Below the pieces are notes generated by a model. It made no database searches and was not told the origin of the DNA. It saw nothing but the letters and a program-made list of their open reading frames with translations. A stretch of DNA of 64,000 nt from Roseibacillus sp. (GTDB lineage: Bacteria; Verrucomicrobiota; Verrucomicrobiia; Verrucomicrobiales; Akkermansiaceae), in assembly GCA_051251855.1 (NCBI GenBank), contig JBPOGI010000006.1, positions 192,001 through 256,000 on the forward strand. Reading direction: 5' to 3'. The position numbers were made by a program, and so were the translations under genes. Each line of letters opens with the position of its first letter. The stretch's first letter is position 1. Shown here one piece after another: positions 50,136-58,114 of the stretch.

Positions 50136-53100
50136 CTAGTACAGAAGTTCTTGTTCTTGAAAGGCGTTGGATTCTGTTAGGTCGATTGCTCTTAGCCCGT
50201 GCATGCTAACTCCGACCCTATACTTTACTGCGGAAGATGAAACGATCTTGCTGAATAAGTCCTCGGATCCTTTCGTTCTATATGACCTAATAAGCATGTC
50301 CGATTCTTTGTCTCGAATTACTGCAAAACGAGCATGGACTTCAACAACCTGACCTAGATTCCAAGTGTTTAAAGGGTATAGAACCTCAGTTCCTAGACGA
50401 GGCGGAAACTTGGTTATTCTGACTGTAGAAAAATGTTCTTCACAATCAGCATACCTCCTTGCTCTAAAGCATTCCCTTCCGTATCTCATCTGAGCGTCGA
50501 AGTTTGAATCTCCGGGTACGAACGCACGCTTGAGATGCGCTAGAGCTTTTTCAGGGTTACCTGCTGAGTCCATGAGAAATTTTCCGTATACACCATTTAC
50601 ATGACGATCGTTTCTCTTTTCTTCTAGGCAGCGTAAGAGAACATCTTCGGCCTTCTCTTTTTCGTTTTTGGCCAAATAGCAAGAATGAAGCTGCAAAGCG
50701 ATGTAGGGGATACTAGGGTTGCTTTCAAATGCAGCTTCCAAACTGGAAAGTACTGAACCGCTGTCTCCAATCAATTTAGCAAGTTTAGCTTTCGCGTCTA
50801 AGAGGTAGCTGTCGTCTGGGTGCGTCTGCAGAAAAGTTTCGACGTCAATTTGAGCTGGCTTGATTAGTTCACGAACGACAACGGGCGAGATGGAGTCTGG
50901 GTTCTGCTCTAGCACAGCTTGAGCCCTTGCAATGCCGATTTTCGCCAGAGTATGTTTAACATGGGAGGTTTTGCTTGTCTTAGCTAGTTGCTTACATGCA
51001 CGTTCTGCTCGACGTAAAAGCCGTTCCTTTACGCTGGGAGAATCGGAGACCTCTGCCCTTCTCAATAAGAGTTCGGCCGCAGTATGCTTAAAGAACGAAT
51101 TTCCGGGGCTAGCTTTTAAAGCAATGTCTATGTGGTGTTGTGAAAGCTCAAGGTCACCGCCCTTTCTTCGCATTTCAAATACCGCTCGTTGATGAAAAAT
51201 GTTGGGATTGCGTTGGCTCTTATCTTCTGCCAATGCAAAAATCTTCTCGACGTAGGTTGTGTCTGAAAACAATTCATTTAGAACCCGTCCGCGGGTGAGT
51301 TCTTTTAAGGCAGTTTCGTCGCTTTGGTAAGCCATGTTTAGTTTCTGGATGACTTTGAAATACTCCTCAAATCTATCGTTCTGGTCTGTCAGAATTCTTA
51401 AAAAGACAATTTCTGCAATGTATGGATGTCGCGCAAAGTAGACGTAGTCACGTGCTAAGTTGTTGTACTCGTTCCCTACGACGCCTTCAAGTGGAGAGAA
51501 GAGCCTCTTTTTGAAGTCTGAGTAAGGAATAGAGTGAATCCTAGATATGAGCATTGCTCTTACTGGGACGGCAAGCCTGTTTAGCAAGCAAATCGTCAAG
51601 TAAACGGCTCGTGCTTCATTAGTGGACAAGCTATCGTACTCATCCTGAATTATCTCTTCAAACGGTTTTCCTTTTGTTACCTCGTATAGGGCGACGAGGA
51701 GATTTCTTTTTGCGGAAACTCGAAATTTTTCAGCGCATTCTGCTTGGGTAAGACCTTCGAGTTCTCCAAGGCAGCCAGTTTCTGTTAGGCGTTGAACAAG
51801 AGAAAGTATTTCTTTTTGGGATAAGTCTCCCATCTCAAACTCTCTCACTGCGATAAAATTAAATCGAGATTTAAACCGGCTCCAATCGTTTGTCCTTACG
51901 CCGCCAACAAAAGTCACCATTTTGGCAGAAGCTCCTAGACTTGAAACACACTTTTTTAGGTTCGATGATTCGCTTCCAACATCGTCAATAAAGACATAAA
52001 TACGTTGCTTGGTAAGCTCGGCTAACTCGGCAATTGCCGCTGAGTTAAGGTCGCTTGGACGCTCGATGTAAAGAGCAAACCCCTCGTGTTCATGGGTAAG
52101 TTCCCAGCTGAGTCGTTTAAGAGCAATAGTCTTTCCTGCGCCAGCGTAACCTCTTAAGAGAATTAGTTCGCATTCTTTTGGGGTATTCTGTTTTTCCTCT
52201 AGAAATACTTCGATTATTATATCTTCGGAAATTTCTCGAACTACATCCCACTTCTGGAGAATAAAGCTCCATCCGTTACTGTTACCGTTAAAAAATTGTT
52301 CCGAGGTGATGTCTCCATCCTTAGGTTCTATTGAATCTACAAAGACAGCGTCGTTTTGTAAGAATAGTGAAGCGTTCTTCGAAAGTGACATCTTTGGTGA
52401 TGTGAAGTGGCTTCTGAGAGTTGGAGGCATTTTTACGTCGGCTCTGAAACCTCTGAAGTCATCGCTAATGAGCGAGTCAAGAGCTTCCATGAAACCGTCA
52501 AAATCCGCGTCGATAGTCGAGACTTTTCGGTTTTCCCACATTTTGTTTTCGACCTCAGTCCAACCTGGACGGACAAAGTAGAATCTCATCCTGTCTTCGA
52601 TGTCATCTCCGACTCGAGTAATAAAGCGACGAATATCTAAGTCAGAACCGCCATATCCGACGAAAATGAAAGTGTATCTCTTCGCCCACTCTTCAAACGT
52701 ATCGAAGAGACTTTTTCTGCCCTCTTCGACATCAAGATATTGGTCCAAAGATAAAACGAGTTTTACTGATTTAGGACCCATATTATCGAAGCAGCCGTGA
52801 AGCTTTAAATATGGAAGATCGTTTTCGTCTTCGACGATACGTTCGAGGTGATCGTCATATACAATCGGTCTTAGATTTTGTGGGCTCGTATCGTCTGCGC
52901 TGTAACTTTTTTCGACGATTAGATCGTAATTTGTAGTAGCTAATCCTGCCCAGCTAAACTTTGGTAGTAGCTTGTGAGCCCTGCCGGGTTTGAAATCTTT
53001 GAAGGAATCTTTCACGAAATTCTGCACGGTTGCTGTGCTAGTATCGGAAATAGCGCATTCTGCGATCTCGGCTAAAGAACCTCCAGACATCTGATTGTTT

Positions 53101-53255
53101 AGGAATTTTTCAGATAGAAGCTTCCCCAGTTGGTTGGCCAAAGGGGGAGGGGTTCCTTCCGAGTCTTTGGCAGCAAGAGAAGCACCTGCGCCTAGAAACA
53201 AAACCACATTACCCTGTTTTACGAATTCGACTAGATTTGGGTGGTTTTCAAGCAT
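50136..53255 (-). CDS. SIR2-like domain, P-loop (STAND-like) NTPase, TPR region and possible C-terminal OB/cold-shock-like domain; candidate anti-phage protein
   Basis: LFLGAGAS, TTNYD, KLHG and FVGYG..D (SIR2_2 type); GYAGAGKT and IYVFIDD; long helical-repeat region; AT-rich relative to the flanks. Confidence 0.85.
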   Translation of the reverse strand: MLENHPNLVEFVKQGNVVLFLGAGASLAAKDSEGTPPPLANQLGKLLSEKFLNNQMSGGSLAEIAECAISDTSTATVQNFVKDSFKDFKPGRAHKLLPKFSWAGLATTNYDLIVEKSYSADDTSPQNLRPIVYDDHLERIVEDENDLPYLKLHGCFDNMGPKSVKLVLSLDQYLDVEEGRKSLFDTFEEWAKRYTFIFVGYGGSDLDIRRFITRVGDDIEDRMRFYFVRPGWTEVENKMWENRKVSTIDADFDGFMEALDSLISDDFRGFRADVKMPPTLRSHFTSPKMSLSKNASLFLQNDAVFVDSIEPKDGDITSEQFFNGNSNGWSFILQKWDVVREISEDIIIEVFLEEKQNTPKECELILLRGYAGAGKTIALKRLSWELTHEHEGFALYIERPSDLNSAAIAELAELTKQRIYVFIDDVGSESSNLKKCVSSLGASAKMVTFVGGVRTNDWSRFKSRFNFIAVREFEMGDLSQKEILSLVQRLTETGCLGELEGLTQAECAEKFRVSAKRNLLVALYEVTKGKPFEEIIQDEYDSLSTNEARAVYLTICLLNRLAVPVRAMLISRIHSIPYSDFKKRLFSPLEGVVGNEYNNLARDYVYFARHPYIAEIVFLRILTDQNDRFEEYFKVIQKLNMAYQSDETALKELTRGRVLNELFSDTTYVEKIFALAEDKSQRNPNIFHQRAVFEMRRKGGDLELSQHHIDIALKASPGNSFFKHTAAELLLRRAEVSDSPSVKERLLRRAERACKQLAKTSKTSHVKHTLAKIGIARAQAVLEQNPDSISPVVVRELIKPAQIDVETFLQTHPDDSYLLDAKAKLAKLIGDSGSVLSSLEAAFESNPSIPYIALQLHSCYLAKNEKEKAEDVLLRCLEEKRNDRHVNGVYGKFLMDSAGNPEKALAHLKRAFVPGDSNFDAQMRYGRECFRARRYADCEEHFSTVRITKFPPRLGTEVLYPLNTWNLGQVVEVHARFAVIRDKESDMLIRSYRTKGSEDLFSKIVSSSAVKYRVGVSMHGLRAIDLTESNAFQEQELLY

Positions 53256-53550
53256 TGTACTGGAATTTTTTGGCGGCGAAATTGAGAAAGGCTCTATTTC
53301 TATAGGTAGTTCGTTGAATATTTATAGATCGCGATTTTGTGTAGTCGGGGGTTCAGAGTCAATTGTAGAAACAAGCTGAAATTGAAACGGTTTTATTTGT
53401 CTGTCTTTTGTCTTTTCTCGTGGGGCCCTGACGATTTCGGGGTACCTGGGCTGAAGATCGACGGTTCGTTTGGGGGGACGGTGCGTGGCTCGCTTTGGGG
53501 TGTGTGAGACCTCTGGCCGGGCTACGTAAATCCCATCTAAATAGAAATAA

Positions 53551-53660
53551 AATAAGATGCCAGGTATCCAGTAGAAAACTGCTGTAAATCTTGGGGTTTT
53601 CGATTTTAGCGTTTTGACCTTCAGTTCTTTATGCTGATGGTGGTTTTGCGGTGACGTGAT
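53551..53660. repeat. About 110-bp element end, with a diverged direct copy at 57925-58030
   Basis: AATAAGATGCCAGG(T/C)ATCCAGTAGAA 25/26 identical, then shared TTCAGT, TTATGCTGATG and TTGCG. Confidence 0.7.
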
Positions 53661-53713
53661 TCAATAATTTGTCTGTCCAACTACAACGATAATTCGTCTA
53701 ACCAACTACGACG
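53656..53713. repeat. Tandem pair of the recurring TTTGTCTGTCCAACTACGAC motif
   Basis: Two 25-bp units; other copies at 45586, 45969, 49559, 49971 and 50018, partial at 53391. Confidence 0.85.
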
Positions 53714-53769
53714 ACGAAATACGACTACGTCCAACTTTCAGCACTCTTGAACGTAGTCAGTAGCAGGGA

Positions 53770-54156
53770 TTAAGCGATACAAAGATAGCCGCCTCCTTTG
53801 GCTGCGATCATCGACGAATAATGTGTGGACAAATAGCCGCCTCCTTTGGCCGCGATCAGCGACGAATGTGTGGACATATAGCCGCCCCCTTTGGCCGCGA
53901 TCAACGACGAATGTATGGACAGAAAGCAGTCTTCCTTGAGCGCGTTCAGCGTCATATGGGCGATTGAGAAACCACCTCCCTTGGCCGCGACTAGCGACGG
54001 TTGGGCGAACAAATAGCCGCGGCTATCGTGGGCCGATTCCCCCCTTTGCTCGCAAGCTTTGGAGCGAAACGTCGCTTCGGCTATAGGGCTTGAGTCTGAC
54101 GTGTTGAATGCCAGAAGCTCAATGGATAGAAAGAAGGCAATGATGATGTTTTTCAT
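53770..54156 (-). CDS. Secreted repeat peptide with four SL(I/V)AAKGGG(Y/F)-type units; candidate precursor peptide
   Basis: MKN plus hydrophobic signal-like N-terminus; 48-51-bp coding repeats with synonymous third-position changes. Confidence 0.78.
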   Translation of the reverse strand: MKNIIIAFFLSIELLAFNTSDSSPIAEATFRSKACEQRGESAHDSRGYLFAQPSLVAAKGGGFSIAHMTLNALKEDCFLSIHSSLIAAKGGGYMSTHSSLIAAKGGGYLSTHYSSMIAAKGGGYLCIA

Positions 54157-54177
54157 TTTAGATAGCTGGTAAGTTGA

Positions 54178-55230
54178 TTATTTAGAGGAGGTGAGATTGG
54201 CGTAGGTCAGTGCCAACATGAAGGGCTGAGCATTAGGATTGTCAGGCTGATCGTAGGCTTTTGCTTTTTTTGCGAACTCGCGTTGGAGGCGGGGAAGATC
54301 CTTTTTGAAATCCATGATTGCGTCATCGTCGAGCTGTCCAACGAGATACTGAAAGCGGGAGCCTTCGAGGCTCAAATCATAAACGACTTCATACATGCTC
54401 GATGCAGCCTCTCCCAGTGCAAGTCGAAGCAATGGGCAAGCGGTCATCAATAATCCAGCGTTCCAACCAGACTTCCCGGAAGTTGTCCGAGTGGGAGAAA
54501 TTGCTTGTTGCTCTCGTTTAGCGAGCTCTTTGAAGGCGGGGTTTCCGCCCGAACTAGGATGAAAATCCTTAAACAGCTGCTCGGCGTCTTCCTTAGTAAG
54601 ATGAAGCGTCCAAGATTCTCGAAGCTTTGGATCCTGGTGCTTGAGGATTTCCATACAGTAAGGCTGAGCTTCGAGCTTAAGATCGAGTTCGCCAACGGTT
54701 AGCGGCGGGGAGTAAATGTGACTGACGAGCTTGTAAATGCGCCGTCCAAGATCTAGACCATCCCGTTTGAGCATCCCGCCCTGCTCAAGCTGGTCGAGAA
54801 GACCGCGCATATTTATCTGGTTGACGGCGGGTCTCATCCCCTCCGGTAGTTCATGCTCCTTGATAGTTGAATTGAGAGGAAGAGCGGCAAGCTTTTGAAT
54901 CATTCTGTCGAGAGTAAACCACTGTGTTACCATTTCATCCTGGTCAAACTCGACCTCAAGCCGATCAAAGTCAATTTGGTTAAGGTTCTTGAAGGTTACG
55001 CCTTGCAGAGACGCCGCATAGCCGGTAGTACGACCCGTATTCTCGCTATTTTTGCTGCGCAAGGCTCGGAGGAGTTGTTGCAGTATGTCATTGGGGACAC
55101 CGAGATCGTTTGCGCTAGCCGCCAAACGATAGGCGTCTCGCACAAAATTCCCAAACTTGTTGTTTTTTAGTAATAAGCGGTGAATTATACCGTTACGTCT
55201 GGCGATCTTTTCTCCTTTGGTGGCAGGCAT
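54178..55230 (-). CDS. Hypothetical protein, probable winged-helix regulator with a duplicated C-terminal alpha/beta domain
   Basis: MRGLLDQLEQGGMLKRD...IYKL wing-like segment; two units resembling DUF4423/DUF6502-type C-termini (by eye only). Confidence 0.55.
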   Translation of the reverse strand: MPATKGEKIARRNGIIHRLLLKNNKFGNFVRDAYRLAASANDLGVPNDILQQLLRALRSKNSENTGRTTGYAASLQGVTFKNLNQIDFDRLEVEFDQDEMVTQWFTLDRMIQKLAALPLNSTIKEHELPEGMRPAVNQINMRGLLDQLEQGGMLKRDGLDLGRRIYKLVSHIYSPPLTVGELDLKLEAQPYCMEILKHQDPKLRESWTLHLTKEDAEQLFKDFHPSSGGNPAFKELAKREQQAISPTRTTSGKSGWNAGLLMTACPLLRLALGEAASSMYEVVYDLSLEGSRFQYLVGQLDDDAIMDFKKDLPRLQREFAKKAKAYDQPDNPNAQPFMLALTYANLTSSK

Positions 55231-55300
55231 ATGATTTCAGAAGTGTTAAGGTTCTTCATTTGCGAAGAAGGCTACAATCTAGCTCGAGAGAGAATTTTGA

Positions 55301-55320
55301 CAGGGAAAATTTTTTTCCTG
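55301..55320. promoter_or_regulatory. Palindromic operator-like site upstream of the regulator-peptide unit
   Basis: CAGGGAAAATTTTTTTCCTG; overlaps a possible minus-strand promoter CTGTCA-16nt-TAGATT. Confidence 0.6.
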
Positions 55321-55348
55321 CCGCAATCTTCATTAGGAGAAGGCTCTT

Positions 55349-56248
55349 TTAGCGAGGACCTCGATTCAATGAAGACCTAGGCTTCCATTGGAATGTAATG
55401 CCTAGACCCGCAAAGATGACCAAGGCGATGCCTCCGATTTGGGACGGAGCCAACCTTTCTCCGTAAATTAGCCAATCGAAGCCGAGAGCGGCAATCGGAT
55501 AGACATAGGCCAACACCGCAAACAAGGGCATTGGGGTTCGCTGAACCGCGAAATAGAGCAATGAATAGAGTAATCCGGTGTGGACGACGCCCAGGATGAT
55601 AAGGCTTGCCCACTGCTCCGCACTTGAAGGCAAAGCGCTAAAATCTAAGAAAGGAAGGAGAAGCCCCGCGCCCAGAGCGGTCTGAATTAGGGCAAGAAGG
55701 GGCGCTGGAATTGTTTTGATGACCCGTGTAGCGAGCGTAGTGACGGCGTAGAGAATAGCTGCGGCGATCGCCAAAATAATTCCAAAAGAGGTATTCGGTT
55801 GGGAGGAACCCAAATTTTCCAGATCTAACGTTAGGGTGAGTCCAGCGAACGCTCCAAGAATCCAGAACAGATGGTGTGCCGCGAGGCTTTCACGCAGAAC
55901 CAGTGCGCCTAGCAAGAGTAAGATCAAGGGTTGCGTGTGATAGGCAATGGTGGCCATACCGATAGGAATGTAGCGAAAGGCTTGGAAGAGCAAAACCCAG
56001 TTGATGACGAGCGCAAGACTGGACAACGAGGCCAGCGTGAGTTGCCTACGGTTGATCAGGGTTTTATCGGGCAGAGCCACTCGCGTGTATACGCCAGCCA
56101 AGGCGATAGCTCCGAAGAAGCAACGAAAGAAGGCTACGTTCAGAGAGCTTTGGCCGGATGTTTTGACGAAAAATCCAATGGAGCCAGCCAAGGTCATCGC
56201 GACGAGCATAGCCGCCGGTCCTCTCCAACTAGAAGGGTTAGAATTCAT
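55349..56248 (-). CDS. EamA/DMT family transporter
   Basis: About 10 transmembrane segments; NVAFFRC, NWVLLFQAF, YHTQP, LGVVHTG and YVYP. Confidence 0.92.
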   Translation of the reverse strand: MNSNPSSWRGPAAMLVAMTLAGSIGFFVKTSGQSSLNVAFFRCFFGAIALAGVYTRVALPDKTLINRRQLTLASLSSLALVINWVLLFQAFRYIPIGMATIAYHTQPLILLLLGALVLRESLAAHHLFWILGAFAGLTLTLDLENLGSSQPNTSFGIILAIAAAILYAVTTLATRVIKTIPAPLLALIQTALGAGLLLPFLDFSALPSSAEQWASLIILGVVHTGLLYSLLYFAVQRTPMPLFAVLAYVYPIAALGFDWLIYGERLAPSQIGGIALVIFAGLGITFQWKPRSSLNRGPR

Positions 56249-56267
56249 GTTCGAAAGATGATTAGAA

Positions 56268-57461
56268 TTACATTGAGAGGACGACTTCTTCCTGTTCGCT
56301 GTAGGTTAAGGGTGAACCAAGATTGGCTGTTCTAGGTAGTTCGCTTAGGCGCCGGAAGGTTTCCTGAATGGGAGCCTTAATCCCCCAGTATTCTGTGTAT
56401 TCAGGCAATCGCCCAGCATCGCTAAGGACGGCATCACGACGGGCATAGGCAGCAGTAGCCCACTGAGGAGTCTTTGGGTGCCAATGATGGAAATCATGAC
56501 TGGGAAGGTCACCGGGGATAATGGCGATGCGGTAGGGGAGATCGACCAACAAAATTCGGGCCAGCCAGCAGTTCCAGGCGATGACTGCTTTAAAGCCATT
56601 AAGGCCGGAATCCGGTGCGCAAACCCCTACGAAACGACCGCTGGTGACACTGGCCATCACCTCTTTTGAGGAGCTTTCACCCTCGCCCAAGCGCACCCAT
56701 TGATGCAGCCCAAGCAAACCAACCCAAGCAGACATTTGACTGAGGATTCCGACGGGCAGAACGTAAGCAAGCACTAGAGCAGTCCATTGATTTGTCACAG
56801 CCGTAAGGATGAGAAGAGTGCTGACCCAGGCGATGGCAGCTAAACGTCGGGGTCTGCTCGACCGAACGAAGTTTGCGCGCAAGCGAGCTCGCAAGAAAAG
56901 TGCGTGAAACCTCGGTGAGAGCAGTGAAAGCCAGAACCGTCGCCAATATTCTGGGATGCTCAAGCCGGGTTCGAGGCCACAAACCTGGACCATAAACGCA
57001 AGGTCGGGATCATCTGTTGTAGCCACCTTTGCGTGGTGGTGCATGTGACCCTTGCGATACTCAGCCAGCGGATGAGTCAAGGTAAGGACGCTGACAAGTT
57101 CGCCGAAAAAATCATTGATTCGGGAATTCTGGAAGAGCATCCCATGCGAAGCGTGGTGAACCACGCCGGTTTGGAACACTCGGACGCTGCGAATAGTGAA
57201 AAGCCAAGCTAATAACAATAGCGTCCAGAAACCTTTGGGGAGCTGAAGGAGCAATAGGGCTGCTGCGAGAGAAATAACGAATGCTGCGATCTCCACGACT
57301 ACCCGCATAGGGGGCGTCCATTTGATCAGAGGAAGCTCACCGGGCAAGGCTTTGCCCGTGAGCGCGGTCAACATCGGCTGTGTCCATTGAGGGAGCTGTG
57401 CCATAGATGCACGGCGGTCAATGGTCGAAGGGGCGTTTTTGGGAAGATGTGGTTCTTTCAC
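56268..57461 (-). CDS. Fatty-acid-desaturase-superfamily membrane di-iron enzyme
   Basis: Three His boxes (HHASH, HMHHH, HDFHH) with intervening transmembrane segments. Confidence 0.85.
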   Translation of the reverse strand: MKEPHLPKNAPSTIDRRASMAQLPQWTQPMLTALTGKALPGELPLIKWTPPMRVVVEIAAFVISLAAALLLLQLPKGFWTLLLLAWLFTIRSVRVFQTGVVHHASHGMLFQNSRINDFFGELVSVLTLTHPLAEYRKGHMHHHAKVATTDDPDLAFMVQVCGLEPGLSIPEYWRRFWLSLLSPRFHALFLRARLRANFVRSSRPRRLAAIAWVSTLLILTAVTNQWTALVLAYVLPVGILSQMSAWVGLLGLHQWVRLGEGESSSKEVMASVTSGRFVGVCAPDSGLNGFKAVIAWNCWLARILLVDLPYRIAIIPGDLPSHDFHHWHPKTPQWATAAYARRDAVLSDAGRLPEYTEYWGIKAPIQETFRRLSELPRTANLGSPLTYSEQEEVVLSM

Positions 57462-57522
57462 ACGGCGAGATTCGCCGCGCTCGAATTTAGTTTCTGGATA
57501 GTGTCTTTGGTGGAAAAAACGA

Positions 57523-57541
57523 GGGAGAAAATTTTTTTCCC
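57523..57541. promoter_or_regulatory. Palindromic operator-like site upstream of the desaturase-EamA unit
   Basis: GGGAGAAAATTTTTTTCCC; shares GAAAATTTTTTTCC (14 bp) with 55305-55318. Confidence 0.6.
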
Positions 57542-57754
57542 AAGCTAACTAGAACGGAAATTGTTCGCAGCCGAAAATCTTCTGCTCTTCATAGTTTCAA
57601 CCTTTGATTACCCGATCGATAACTTATCTGACCAATTTCTAGTAGATCCCTTTTCTTCACTTCAGCTTCTTATCCTAAATGAGCAAGAGGAGCCAAATTG
57701 AGTGCTTTTTTCGTGTTCACGCGAATTCCCTTTAAGCCAAGTTGAACGGCTGAG

Positions 57755-57890
57755 CGGGCTTTGCGGCGGAGGAGCCATTCTAGGGTGAGGAGGGTGAGCC
57801 AGACATACCAGCGGTCCCAAAGGGGTTAGGTGAAGCGGGTTTCGGATTGGGTGGTGGTGGCGATGATTTTTCGAGGGCGAGGAGGGATTA
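57755..57890 (-). pseudogene. C-terminal remnant of a membrane-anchored protein gene
   Basis: ETRFT*PLWDRWYVWLTLLTLEWLLRRKAR, the typical LW..W..LL..EW..RR tail, with an internal stop. Confidence 0.55.
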
Positions 57891-58114
57891 TTTGGGTGTG
57901 TTGACTTGTTGGACTCCGCTTGAGAATAAGATGCCAGGCATCCAGTAGAATACCGGCGCAGATTTTGAATCCCTTGGATGAGTTTCCACTCATTTTCAGT
58001 CGGTTATGCTGATGTTGATGTTGCGATGGCCCTGGTGCGATTGGAGCGGATTGAGCTTTTGGAATGCCTCACTTCGGAATGAGGAGGATGGGCGAGGCTC
58101 TGCCCGAGGTATTT

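Noticed and set aside
45586..53713. 32-bp motif as a CRISPR repeat (starts GTC, ends GAAAC on the minus strand)
   Set aside because: Spacing ranges from 0-15 bp to several kb, the copies are degenerate, there is no internal palindrome, and no cas genes are present.
45586..53713. Classical integron attC array
   Set aside because: No RYYYAAC...GTTRRRY paired ends or attC-type fold, and no intI in the window.
53786..53920. 48-bp tandem repeats as a mini CRISPR array
   Set aside because: No unique spacers; unit lengths are multiples of three and the variation is largely synonymous within an ORF.
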